A stretch of 63,936 nucleotides of DNA, the filler included, from Octopus bimaculoides (Eukaryota): the NCBI RefSeq assembly GCF_001194135.2. It is 5 parts of 4 records of this genome, joined end to end, with 100 filler letters (N's around TTAATTAATTAA, not from the genome) between each part and the next. Parts side by side here need not be neighbours in the genome. Positions count along the whole stretch, not along the records: positions 1 to 30,852 come from NC_068981.1; 4 more parts are not named here. The stretch is one strand, 5' to 3'. Numbering within the stretch: the stretch's first letter is position 1; each line of letters opens with the position of its first letter. The position numbers and the translations under genes are program-made. Shown here in pieces: positions 11,954 through 24,212 of the stretch. The notes under the pieces are model-generated. The model was not told where the DNA came from and made no database searches. It saw only the letters and a program-made list of their open reading frames with translations.

Positions 11954-12174
11954 GTAAATTGTTTGCTGTTGTTGTACTGATACATCTAGTCTTCCATTTC
12001 ATATTCGTTTTTATTTCATGTAAATATGTCCTCTTTTAAATTGATTTTGCAACTGAAATTGGTATAAATGTTGATAGTGAATTAGCTGTAACATGTTTTC
12101 TGACCTTTACATAAGATGGTGAGGCTTAGAATTTAAATATAGTGAAATATGCCCTCACACACAACAATGTACTT

Positions 12175-12610
12175 ACCTCACTCTTGAATCCACCCACTCA
12201 TTGATATAGCACCCTATATCCACTTCATTAACTGGCATAAATATCCTCTATCTTCTGCTCTGATTGATATGCTCTGACCCTGTATCTGTCTCACTCCTAT
12301 ATTCACCCCACTCCTGTACCCACCCCACTAACTGATAAAACACCCTCTAGTCACCACACTGGCTAATATAGCATCCTCTAACCACTACACGGATAGGTAA
12401 GATACCCTTTATCTACCCTGCTGACAGTCACAGTCCTCTTAACACCCTCTGTCCACTCTGCTAACTGGTATAACACGCTCTATCCTCTCCACTGATGGAC
12501 ATAATATGCTCTAGCTGATGTAACATCCTCTACTCATTCCACTGAGAGATAAAACACCCTCTATCTACCCTGCTAACAGTCACAGCCTTTTATCCACCCC
12601 TCTTATTATA
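12175..12610. repeat. Highly degenerate minisatellite, roughly 30-35 bp units
   Basis: Recurring acaccctctatc(t/c)acc...(a)ctga..at(a) units, including a near-duplicate ctatctaccctgct(g/a)acagtcacag at about 12410 and 12560. Confidence 0.6.
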
Positions 12611-12666
12611 CCATGCAACACTGTGCTATCTTTTACAGTTCAGTTGTCTGATTTCTTTACTTTCAG

Positions 12667-12779
12667 ATGTGGTCATTGCTGGCTTTGGTTGCTGGAGGTG
12701 GTCAAGATTTTAGTAAAGATCCCTTTGATGGTGCCCCTTGGGCTCAGCATACTTTTGGAAGAAAACTAATAAAATCTTT
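12667..12779 (+). CDS. WDR59: WDR59 coding exon
   Basis: tttcag|ATG...TT|gtaagc. 113 bp, phase 0/2: MWSLLALV...APWAQHTFGRKLIKS (cf. PWARHPFGRQLLES). Confidence 0.95.
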
Positions 12780-13345
12780 GTAAGCGTCCCCTTCTCTTTC
12801 TTTCTTTTCTTATATTTCTTTGCTACCTTTCCCATCCACTGTATCTTGCTAGTTTGTATATTTTATTTCACTGTGACATAAGGCAGCCTTTTGGTATCCA
12901 CACCAGTACTTTTGACCACTTGTAATCTTGTGTCTTCAGAATGTTCTACGAATGCAGCAAATAACATTTGTTCATGCAAGCTAGAAAACTGGACATTAAA
13001 ACTGATGGTGATGTAATTGTGTGTTTGTTTGTACTTGTGTGCATGTGCACATGAATGTGTGCATGCAAATGTAAGTGAATCTTGATATTTCATTTGTCAC
13101 CATGTAAGCTTAGCTGTACTAATATTGACATTATGACTGGGTGCTCTATGTTTTCAAAGATCTATGGAATGTAAAAATTTCTTACCTAAAAACCAGGTGG
13201 GTGTTGGCATCATGAAGAGCATCAGGCCATAAACCCTGCTTTGAAATCAGTTTCCTTCCCAAGCTATGCTGGCATGGAGAAATAGATACCTTGTGAATGA
13301 ATTTTGTAGACAGAATCTGTGTGCAAACTAGTGATATATATATAT

Positions 13346-13376
<31 letters not shown>

Positions 13377-14056
13377 AAATCATCATCATCATTTAGTGTC
13401 CATTGTCCATGCTGGCATGGGCTGGATGGTTTGATCAAGGCTGCACCAGACTCCAGTCTGATTTGGTATGGTTTCTACCAAGAGTGTAATGGATGCTTTT
13501 AGGTACCACTGGCATGGGTACCAATTGCATGACACCAGTATCTGCCATGATTACGATTTAACTTGGCTTGAGGGGTCTTCTTCTCAAGCACAGCATATTG
13601 CCAAAGGTCTCGGTCATTTGTCATTGCCTCACTGCTATCCTACACAGTTTGTTTTCACTATAACATGGATTCCATTTTCCTCCTTTTTTTTCACCTTTTT
13701 GTCATGTTTTTTATAATTGGATGCTTTTCCTTTCATCTTTACAGCATGGAGTTGGTGCATTTTATACCTCCAGCTCCAGAGTTTTCTGTCTGGAATAAAA
13801 GTGTTCATATGCATATGTGTGACTTTGAATGCTTGTATAAGAATGTGTAGAAAAATGTAAATATAGATAAGAAAGTAATAAACTTTAATATTGTCCACAG
13901 ATGTAGCAATGTGCTCCACAGTGTACACAACTATCCCAACCAGTGGAACTGAAGACTCTATGCCCATCCAATACAATATGTTTAACTACTCATAATGCAT
14001 GGTTTATTTATAAGATGTTTGTAATGATTTTTATGTCTTTCTCTTCTATTATCTAG

Positions 14057-14195
14057 GCTTGACCACTACATGAGTATCTATGACATTCAAACATGTGCAA
14101 TGTTGTCCTGTTTATTATGGACAAAATCTGTTGCTCAACAACTTCAACAACCTCCACATTCGCCAAAACCAGACAAAGAGAATATACCACCAAAC
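14057..14195 (+). CDS. WDR59: WDR59 coding exon
   Basis: atctag|G...AAC|gtaagt. 139 bp, phase 2/0: LDHYMSIYDIQTCAMLSCLLW...ENIPPN (cf. AHYCRLRDVQTLAMLCSVF). Confidence 0.94.
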
Positions 14196-16387
14196 GTAAG
14201 TGTCTTTTCTATTTCTCATCAATCTTCATATTCTGGAGGATAAAATGTCTTCATATCTCTAAGCAATGGATCAAAGTATTGTTATATGTCATTTATTTGG
14301 ATTTACCTCAGACTATTTCATTTGATAGTGAGCCATTTAAGAAAGCATTTTGTTATATTCATTTAAAGCTATTGTTACTATTTTTCTGTTGAAATGCATT
14401 GCTTTTGGAAATTAATTTTGAAAATAACAAAGAATTTAGTAAAATAATTTTGCCGTTATTAACCAGCTGGTATTTGAAAAATAATTTAATATGAAATTTT
14501 TATGGAAAGTTTTAACTTTGATCAGTTTAAAACTGTTAAGAATCATAGAACCAGGAGTGGTCTCATATAGGTTGGTATCAAAAGGGTTAAAGGATGTGCT
14601 TCTAGCTATTGTACTATATATAATCCTTTCCACTATAGGCACAAGGCTCGAAATTTTGCGGGAGGAGGTAGTCAATTACATCAACTTCAGTGTGTAACTG
14701 GTACTTATTTAATTGACCCTGAAAGGATGAAAGGCGAAGTCAACCTCAGCGCAATTTGAACTCAGAACATAGCAGCAGACGAAATATCGCTAAGCATTTT
14801 ACCCAGCATGCTAATGATTCCACCGGCTCACCACCTTTTTTGTACTATATATATAATGATACATGATTTGTATAAAACCAATATTTTGTTAGAGACATGG
14901 AGTAAGATTAATAGAAGGGAATACTTACGACTATATTCTCACAATAGAAAGAGAGAGAGACACTGTTGTAAGATATGGATTACAGCTTGTTGAAAGATGA
15001 TTGCTGCAGAGGCTGAGTTCCTATTCAGAAATGTTTTAAGTTTACTTTTCAGTTACTTTGTATTCCACTCCCTATTTGGGTGGGCAGTGTTGTCCATAGA
15101 AAAGATTGTTCAATCATCCAGAGTTACAAAGAATCAAGTAGTCTCTGATGTCTGAAGTAGGGGATCATCTAGTGAAACCCATTCCTGTTCATTCTAACTT
15201 ATTTCCCATCTCTGGACATTCTGTTGCGGCACCCCTGCTAGAAAAGCTAACGAGGGAACTCAATGTAGTCTGCTGATTCAGTGAATGTAATAAATAAATA
15301 AATTTCACACATTTTCTACTGTTTGCAAACACAGAAACAACCACATATCAATGATCTTGAAGAATCTATATTAAAAGCTAAATATTTCCAAACAAAACTG
15401 GCAACAAAGGCTGATATCAAACACTCCATAGCTCCCTAGTGGTTTGAATCATTACGTTTTGAAGTTTTCTTTTAAATTACAATATGTGGTGTTTGCAAAC
15501 CAAACACCATATATCAATACAGATTGTATTGGGTGCTTTTTACATGGCACCAACCCCAGTGCTTTTTATGTGGCATGTCGTAGAGGACGGGTCTTCTTGA
15601 GAACAGCAATGTGCTGTATATCTGAGTCCTTTGTCATTTCCTTTGTAAGGTAGACCAAAACACAGATCAAAAAACAATCTGGCAGTAACAAAGCATTTGT
15701 TTGTAATCATTGCTGACCCAGCTTTATTGTGAATATCAAGCAAATATTGTACTAAATATTAGACACTTAATATATGGTGTTTGGTTTGCAAATAGCAGTA
15801 AATCCCAATGAAATAGCAGTAAATCCCAACTTTAGGAGTCACGTGAGGTTTAAATTTCCCAGTTTATACTTCATCATGTAAAGTATATATTTCCAAATTA
15901 CTGAGTGTTGCCTCAAAGGTGAAGTGATGACAGAGAAAGACTTATTTAGTAGCTGCTCCTTAATTCAACTCCAGTGGTCATGGAAATAGGCAAGTGTGGA
16001 TGTAGCTGCCATCTGCACATTATACTACTATACACACCATATGAACTCTGCAGCTGCTACAGATACACACTGTCATGCATCATCATCATTTCCATGTTCC
16101 ATACTGGCACGGGTTGGACAATTCAATAGGATCTGATGGGCCCAAAGACTGCATTTCGCTCCACTGTCTGCTTTTTATGTATGTTCTATGGGTGGATGTT
16201 TTTCCTGACGCCAACCACTTTACAATATGTACTGGGTGGTTTTTACATGCCACCAGCACTGATGAGGCCACTCTGGAGTTACTGTACACATGTACATTAA
16301 CACACACACATGCACACACGCACACTGTCATATATACGTTAACACACACACACACACACATACTACACTTATGAAATGCATTTGTAA

Positions 16388-16558
16388 TACACTCTCTGAG
16401 TGGTTGGCGTTAGGAAGGGCATCCAGCTGTAGAAACTCTGCCAAATCAGACTGGAGCCTGGTGTTGCCATCCGGTTTCACCAGTCCTCAGTCAAATCGTC
16501 CAACCCATGCTAGCATGGAAAGCGGACGTTAAACGATGATGATGATGATGATGATGAT
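16388..16558 (+). mobile_element. Young RTE-tail element
   Basis: tacactctctgagtggttggcgttaggaagggc...cggacgttaaacgat(gat)n; CpGs intact. Confidence 0.9.
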
Positions 16559-17064
16559 AAACATTTAAGGCGATGAGCTGGCAGAATTGTTAGCACACTA
16601 AGCAAAATTCTTAGCAGCATTTCTTCCGTCTTTACATTCTGATTGCAAATTCCCCCAAGGTCAACTTTCCCTTCCACCCTTTTGGGGCCGATAAAATAAG
16701 TACCAGTTGAGCACTAAGGTCGATGTAACCGAATTAGACCCTCCCCTGAATTTACTGTCCTTGTGCTAAAATTTGAAACCAATATAGATAAACATCAAAA
16801 TGTGTGGGTAAATTTATCAAATGTCTTCTGTAACCATTGACAATGTCTTTGTCGGTAACATATTAGCTACTCCTAGCAACAATATTACTTCGGTGAAACT
16901 CTGAGTTTAAATCAACTCTGCTTTGTTTGTAGAATTACTCTAGGTTTCTTCCCAATATTTTGTCTATAATTTATTTTTAGTATTTATTTATTAATCAATG
17001 ATGGATTAAAATATATCTGCTGATAATTACTGTTGTTGGTCATGTATAATCTGTGTTTTGTTTT

Positions 17065-17203
17065 CATCATCATCATCATCATCATCGTTTAACGTCCGCT
17101 TTCCATGCTAGCATGGGTTGGACGATTTGACTGAGGACTGGTGAAACCGGATGGCAACACCAGGCTCCAATCTAATTTGGCAGAGTTTCTACAGCTGGAT
17201 GCC
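17065..17203 (-). mobile_element. Young RTE-tail element, inverted relative to 16388-16558
   Basis: Reverse complement matches 16417-16555 with 2 mismatches over about 120 unique bases (read by eye). Confidence 0.9.
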
Positions 17204-17424
17204 AATAATAATATTAGGGACAAAATCCAAAATTACTTAAATTTCCTTTCTATTTGAAAATTAGTTATGAAACACGTGTAATCATTTTATTATATTTATC
17301 TTATGATATTTACTTTGCTTTATATTATACTCATTTATTGTGCTTTTAATTGTTAATTTTTCTATATGTGATAGTGGATTTTCATCGACGAGTTCTTGAA
17401 ACTTGGTTATTTTCCCTAAAACTA

Positions 17425-17494
<70 letters not shown>

Positions 17495-17496
<2 letters not shown>

Positions 17497-17658
17497 TCAT
17501 CATCATCATCATCATCATCGTTTAACATCCGCTTTCCATGCTAGCATGGGTTGGACGATTTGACTGAGGACTGGTGAAACCGGATGGCAACACCAGGCTC
17601 CAATCTAAATTTGGCAGAGTTTCTACAGCTGGATGCCCTTCCTAACGCCAACCACTCA
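17495..17658 (-). mobile_element. Young RTE-tail element abutting a (TA)n tract
   Basis: Nearly identical to 17065-17203. Confidence 0.9.
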
Positions 17659-18254
17659 ATTTACACTAAACAGGTATTGTATTCAATGATATATAGAACA
17701 TTCACATGTTACAGTAAAATGCCAAAATAATTATATAGCAGTTTCTACAACTATTTTGTAATTATTACAATATTTTGATGAAACACGTGTATGCTCCATA
17801 AAGCAATGAATACCATACTGGTTTTCTGTAAATTATCATTATTTCTGGAGATGTACTTGCATAGCAAGTGACTTGATCTGAGATTGTGTGCTGAAACAAA
17901 ATCAATTGCAGCATGAAAGGTATTTATAAGCCATTTAAAAAACACACAAAATCTGTTAGATTCACTTCAACATTTAAATTTAATTTGTGCTAAAATATTT
18001 TCGTTGCTTTGAAATCGCGAACTGTTCACTGACAAAATTTTGTGTGTTTATTATTATTTGTATTATTTGGCTTGTATTCTACACTCTAGCCTACTCTGAG
18101 GTTGCTGCCCCATGTCATACTACACTAGATACTGGAGCAGAGTGTAAAACCCACTATTGAGCTTGCTCTTTGGTTAAATATTGTTTCACAGTGCCTTATA
18201 TATATATATAGTTTATTTATTTATTTGTTTTCTATACTGTCACTAATAACACTC

Positions 18255-18515
18255 ATGTCACTCTACATAACCACCAGTGAAAATAATATCTTTACACAGC
18301 CATCCAGGATGTTACTGTTTTCTCTTCACAGCTATTAGTCAAATTAATACCTTTTTTCTTGATCTACCCCACAGCTACTGCTTTCATGCTAATGTTTCTC
18401 TTCATAGCTACCAGTAGTACTAAAATCCTTTCTTTGCAGCTACTACAGACACCAACACATTCTCTATACAAATACCAATCATTAACACTGATGCCTTCTC
18501 TTCACAGTTATTACC
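18255..18515 (+). repeat. Degenerate tandem array of roughly 31-40 bp units with core CTCTTCACAGCTA
   Basis: About 7-8 units, e.g. ctttacacagcca, ctcttcacagcta, ccccacagcta, ctcttcatagcta, tctttgcagcta, ctcttcacagtta. Confidence 0.65.
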
Positions 18516-19039
18516 AAATACTGGAGATGATACTCTTTCTTGTTACTTATCAGTTCAGGAATTCTCAATATATTTATGCTTTCATAAATTACTCTTTAAA
18601 TATACTCAGTATGTCTTCACTTTGATTACTAAGACTAATTCTTATTATTTCTTCTTTTAGTAATTTTGTTTTTCTGTTGTTGTTTTTTTTTTTTTAATTC
18701 TTTTTCCGTTTCTTTTCCAGTTAGACCTCTTTGAAACAGTAATTCAATGCTGTAACTTTAGAAGTTTAAGGCTAGATTCCTTTAAAACTGTGTTCCTCAT
18801 AAGGAGCAGGGGCAGGGGTTGAACCAGAGAATTTTTAAAGGCTGAGTAGATAAATTCATCATCATCGTCGTCATTGTTATAATATCCATTTTTCCATGCT
18901 GGCATGGATCAGACAGAATTTTGGGGGGAAGATTTTCTACAGTTGAATGCCATTTCTGTTTACAATTCTTACTGTTTCCGAGTAAGGTAATATTTCCCTT
19001 CCACAAAAATTAAAAGCAGAGGAAGCTACTTGTATGATG

Positions 19040-20087
19040 GAGACACTCATTTACAACTATCATGCCATGTCAAGACAAGATAGCTTCTACCTCTGCTGGT
19101 AACAAAGGGTCTCTCACTCAGAGTGAAAGGTAGGCTGTATGACACATATGTGCGAACAGTCATGCTACACAGCAGTGAAACATGGGCTGTGACTGCTGAG
19201 GACATGGGTAAGCTTGCAAAAAATGAAGCTAGCATGGTCTGCTGGATGCGTAATGTCAGTGTGCATACACAACAGAGTGTAAGTGCCCTAAGTGAAAAGT
19301 TGGACATAAGAAGCATCAGATGTGGTGTGCAAGAGAGACAACTGCGCTAGTATGGTCATGTGTTGCGAATGGATGGGGACAGCTGTGTGAAAAAGTGTTA
19401 CACCCTAACAGTGGAGGGAATCTGTGGAAGAGGTAGACCCAGGAAGACCTGAGATGATGGGGTGAAGCACGACCTTCGAACTTTGGGCTTCATGGAGGTG
19501 ATGACAAGCGACCAAGATCTTTGGAGATATGCTGTGCTTGAGAAGACCTGGCAAGCCAAGTGAAACCCTAACCGTGGCCTATGTCAGTGTAGTATAAGAG
19601 TACCCTTCAATCATTGGGCAATAAACTGTGCTTGAGAAGACCTGTTAAGTCAAGTGAAATCATTGTCATGGCTAATATCAGTACTGCCTGAGTAGCACCC
19701 ATGCCGGTGACACATAAAAAGCACCATTCAAATGTAGTCATTGCCAGTGCCACCTGACTGGCTCCTGTGCTGCTGGTACGTAAAAAGTACTATTCAAGCA
19801 TGGTCATTGCCAGTGCTGCCTGACTGGTTCCCATGCCGGTGGTACCATTCAAGCGTGGTCAATGCCATTACCGCCTGACTGGCCATTGTGCTGGTGGCCT
19901 GTAAAAAGCACCCACCACACTCTCCAAGTGGTTGGCATTAGGAAGGGCATCCAGGTGTAGAAACCTTGCCATACCAGATTGGAGCCTGGTGCAGCCTTCC
20001 GGCTTGCCAGTCCTCAGTCAAACCATCCAACCCATGCCATCATGGAAACCAGACATTAAACGATGATGATTATGATGATAATGATGA
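19040..20087 (+). mobile_element. 5'-truncated RTE-clade LINE
   Basis: LPLLVTKGLSLRVKGRLYDTYVRTVMLHSSETWAVT..RCGVQERQLR*YGHVLRM..GRGRPRKT*..LWRYAVLEK, then 3' UTR repeats and a (GAT)n tail. Confidence 0.9.
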
Positions 20088-20479
20088 CCTGGTGCTAAGC
20101 AACAACAGTAACGTGTGCTAGTTGAATTTGTGAAGTGATATTTTCATCTGCTATCATAAATATAGCCATCAAAATAACATTTAGTAATAAGTGCTACTAA
20201 TGGAAGTATTTGAAACAATATTTAAAAGCTTAATATTTGGGAGGAAATTTTTTACCTTTATCATTGAAATAAGTAAACAACTTCATAAAATATGTACACT
20301 AAAAGATCAATGTAAGTTATCAGAGAAACCTTGCATGAAAATAAAATAAGACAACATATAACAAATGTGTCTTTATGAATATAGAATTGCCAGGGAATAA
20401 AGAATATAAGTAGTAAATATTGTTCTTTTCTGAACATAATCCATTCTAAAAGATGAACCAACGAGTGGTGTTTCTCCTA

Positions 20480-20696
20480 GTTGACCCTTTAGCATTTAAA
20501 CCAGCCATACCAGGCCCAAATATTAACCTGTTTTATATTAAAAATGGCCAGATCTGGTCTCCCACACCTACTCTACAATGTCTTTCCAAAATAAATAACC
20601 ATATCATTGAAATCTTGAAGCTACAAGATTGATTCAAAACAATATGATTGAATAATCATTATATTTGACAAAGTATTCTGAATGCTAAAGGGTTAA
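20480..20696. mobile_element. piggyBac-like MITE
   Basis: ttgacccttttagcatt...aatgctaaagggttaa terminal inverted repeats. Confidence 0.75.
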
Positions 20697-21198
20697 GCTA
20701 ATGTATATTCTCCATACTACTAAATATTTCTCTTTTTTTTTTTTGTTTTTGTATTTTTTAATATCTAAATTACTCTTGATATTTGATATTTTTACCTTAC
20801 TAAATTATTTAATGTATTGATCTAAATGATTTATTGACTTTTGGTAAGCATTTCCTTTAAAAAAACCAATATCGACTAATAAATCATTGTACTCATAACT
20901 AACATGCAAAATACATATTCTTTCTAAAGCTAGTAGCATTAGAAAGTTGCTTGAAAACTCAACACAACTCAATAATTGTTCAAGACAGCTAACCAAAGTT
21001 ATTTCAACTGTTTAGAACTTCATTGTGCTTATTCTCTCATATATGTTTTATTTGAGTTCATTAGATGCAGCGTGTGGCAGTAGAATGGTTAAAGAATTCA
21101 AATTTAAATCTAACCATTATTTACAGTAGCAGTGAACTTTTTCCACAACCGGATTGAAACTACAGGTGAAGAGGTTTGTGTAAAACAAAATGTAATTC

Positions 21199-21231
<33 letters not shown>

Positions 21232-21277
21232 GTGTTATTTTGCTTGTGTCTGTTAATCTTCTGTTGATTCTCTGTAG

Positions 21278-21332
21278 AGTGACCATTCCTATGTGGACAG
21301 AGGTAGTAGCCCTGAAGACTGGAACATACTCT
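21278..21332 (+). CDS. WDR59: Probable WDR59 coding exon in the low-complexity linker
   Basis: ttctctgtag|AGT...T|gtaagt. 55 bp, phase 0/1, in frame with exon 14057-14195: SDHSYVDRGSSPEDWNIL. Only weak resemblance to human GGWNI/SSPEE. Confidence 0.6.
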
Positions 21333-22939
21333 GTAAGTGGGCTCTTCTCACTTTGGGTCATTTTTTAGCCACAACTAAATTTATTTCATTTATCAATCTC
21401 TTGTTCTGAATTTTTAGCTGCTGCTTTATGAGTAAACTGTTGTAGCATAGTACAATTGTAGTACAAGTAGTAGCAGTAGTAGTAGTTATAATAATGATGA
21501 TGATGATGATAATGATAACTACTAAACAAAGTTGAACAATGGTACTGTTGTGTAAAGTGTAATATTACTCTAGAGTCATTCAATCAGCTGGTTTTCTTAG
21601 TACTGCTGAGAGAGTATTTTCAATAAATTAGTTTCTTTACTTCAGCTCTCTTCTATCTTTCCATAGTGATTTTGCATACTCACCATCTCTTCAGTACTAT
21701 CTCTTGACACATTCACTGTCACATTACACTTAGTAAACAAATTACACTTTGTAAACTTCTGAAATTCTTCCTCACTTCACTAGCTCCCATATCTTTCTCT
21801 TATATGACACAACCCTATTCTGAAGGGGCAAGGCAACATGATGTCAATCTTGTTTCTATTCTGAATCTCTCTAAGATCTCATACTTTATCATAATCCTTT
21901 CTTCAATCCATCAACCTTTATGTGTACTAAATTTACTCTAATCCAGCTCCTAGATAATTTTCATTGAACACTCATTGCTCATCAGACTAGATTATCTGTT
22001 TTTCTCTACTCATCCACTTGTCTCCATGCAATTTGTATTTTCATTTTCTTAGGTTGGCGATTGCGGCAGCTGCTAGTTACATAGTATTACCCGTCATCAC
22101 CATCACCATACACATATTCAGCCATAGGCTGCCTGGGTCTTCTTCAGTACAATCTCCTTTGTGAGGTTCAGCTTCCTGAGCTCAGCCTCCACCATACTTT
22201 CTCATGCTTTCCTCGGTCTCCCTTTTTCACTGGTTCCTTCCTCTTGGATCATTTGCCATCCTCCGTATGCATCCCATTACTAATCTAATAGTAATTTCAT
22301 CATTGTAAAGTCATTCAGTGATATAAGCATCTTCTCTGGGTGTCTTGCGTCATTTAATAGAATGTCAGGTTAAATAACATGAACCTCACAATCTTCATTG
22401 CAATAAACATGTTAAGAAAGTATTTTAATACTGGTTCATGGAAGTCATATATTATAGACTATATTAAGACATATCATTTACTATATAAATCACTGAACTG
22501 ATTATGGTTGGAATATAGCATTACACCCTGATTATTTTATCATTGCTGATGTGACCACAATTTCATTACACTACCAATACCAACTTGACCACACTAGCAC
22601 TGCTAACTTGACTATAATAACAAGGAACACATCATGTCACTGAAATTATAAAACCAAGTCATTAAAGTTCTCTATATTGTTACTCTAAATGATTTAATGA
22701 CCTGGGTGTTATATTGTCATCATTTATGGTAAGCAATCTGAAATGTGGAACTGATGAGTTGTAATCAGTCAACTTGTTTGATTCCCAGTTCAAGCTGTCT
22801 GATTTCAATTACACTGCAAACACACTTCAAAAATGTATGTGTCACAACATCTCGTTTTTACCACATTGATCTCTGTATCTTTGTAACTTGTTTGACCCTT
22901 TAGCATTCAGATTTCTTTGACAAATGTATTGCTTATTTA

Positions 22940-23253
22940 CTCTTTTACTCTTTTACTTGTTTCAGTCTTTTGACTGTGGCCATGCTGGAGCACTGCCTTT
23001 AGTCGAGCAAATCGACCCCAGGACTTATTCTTTGTAAGCCTAGTACTTATTCTATCGGTCTCTTTTGCCGAACCGCTAAGTTACGGGGACATAAACACAC
23101 CAGCATCGGTTGTCAAGCGATGTTGGGGCGACAAACACAGACATACAAACACATACACACATACATATATATATACATATATACGACAGGCTTTCAGTTT
23201 CCATCTACCAAATCCACTCACAAGGCTTTGGTCGGCCCGAGGCTATAGTAGAA
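22940..23253 (-). mobile_element. SINE family A (AAAGAGT tail) inserted into a piggyBac-like MITE (22891-23525)
   Basis: tttactcttttactc tail and agtacttattctatcgg core. Full copy at 39305-39712; partial copies near 10678, 25455, 27095, 27615, 28690, 40090 and 54530. Confidence 0.85.
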
Positions 23254-23689
23254 NNNNNNNNNNNNNNNNNNNNNNNNNNNNNNNNNNNNNNNNNNNNNNN
23301 NNNNNNNNNNNNNNNNNNNNNNNNNNNNNNNNNNNNNNNNNNNNNNNNNNNNNNNNNNNNNNNNNNNNNNNNNNNNNNNNNNNNNNNNNNNNNNNNNNNN
23401 NNNNNNNNNNNNNNNNNNNNNNNNNNNNNNNNATGGTGTGTTTGTATATTTTCAGAATGACATTGTAGGGTATGTGTGAGAAGCTGGATTTGGTCAATTT
23501 TAACATATTTGGGCTGGATATGGCTGGATTAAATAATGCTAAAGGATTATAAGGAACCTACTAACATGTGGGAGTTTAATGAAATGCCATAGTAAGAATA
23601 AATTGATGAAACTAAAACAAGTGCTTTTCCTTCCTTTAGCGAGATAATGTATTTTAACATTGACAGAAAAACTTAAACTTTAAGGGAGG

Positions 23690-24170
23690 TGCACCATCAA
23701 TTATATTACTCTTGATATTTGACTGATTCCTCTTCTTATGGTATTAGTCAGGAAGTACCCTTGACTTTTTCTGGACCTCCAAAACTAGTGAGATTGATAT
23801 AGTAGTGTTCAGTTTGGAGCTGATGTTCTCGGGAGGAAAGATTTGGTATAGTTGTTACTGTGGTGCTCTAGCACAGAACCCCACAATAACCAGTGGAGAG
23901 ACACAGAATGAGTGATGAGAAGAGGAATGTGCCAACTGGAGGTAGTATGCAAGTATCTAATGCTTCATTGTAGCAATTGTTGTTGTAAGCATGGAAGAAG
24001 CAGGGTGAAGATTAGCATGCCTGTGGAACAGAAGCTGTAATGTGTTGGAGAGTAAGTCTTTAGCAGTGAATCTAACAGCATCCTTTTGGATATAGTCTAG
24101 CATGTTTTTGTGTTTGGCAGCAGCACCATTAGAAATACAGGAGCAATATTCCTTCATGGATCTTACTTCA
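23690..24170 (-). mobile_element. Decayed CR1/Jockey-like LINE RT C-terminus
   Basis: EYCSCISNGAAAKHKNMLDYIQKDAVRF..LQLLFHRH..; NNYTKSFLPRTS. Resembles the LEYCSHIW..LDRVQ..A.R and SFFPRT motifs. Confidence 0.65.
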
Positions 24171-24212
24171 GATCTATAGAGCGTCAGTTGTTTATAGCTA
24201 AAAGTATTTTCT

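Noticed and set aside
12863-13093. Minus-strand ORF ending FSSLHEQMLF...LPYVTVK as a nested gene's last exon
   Set aside because: Weak acceptor, no recognisable homology, and no compatible upstream exon.
13635-13976. 113-aa minus-strand ORF / two-exon model
   Set aside because: The apparent 52-nt intron shifts the frame into a stop, and there is no recognisable domain.
21127-21173. Possible 47-bp WDR59 exon (AVNFFHNRIETTGEE)
   Set aside because: It needs phase-1 entry, but the upstream exon ends in phase 0 and no bridging exon was found; the donor is weak.
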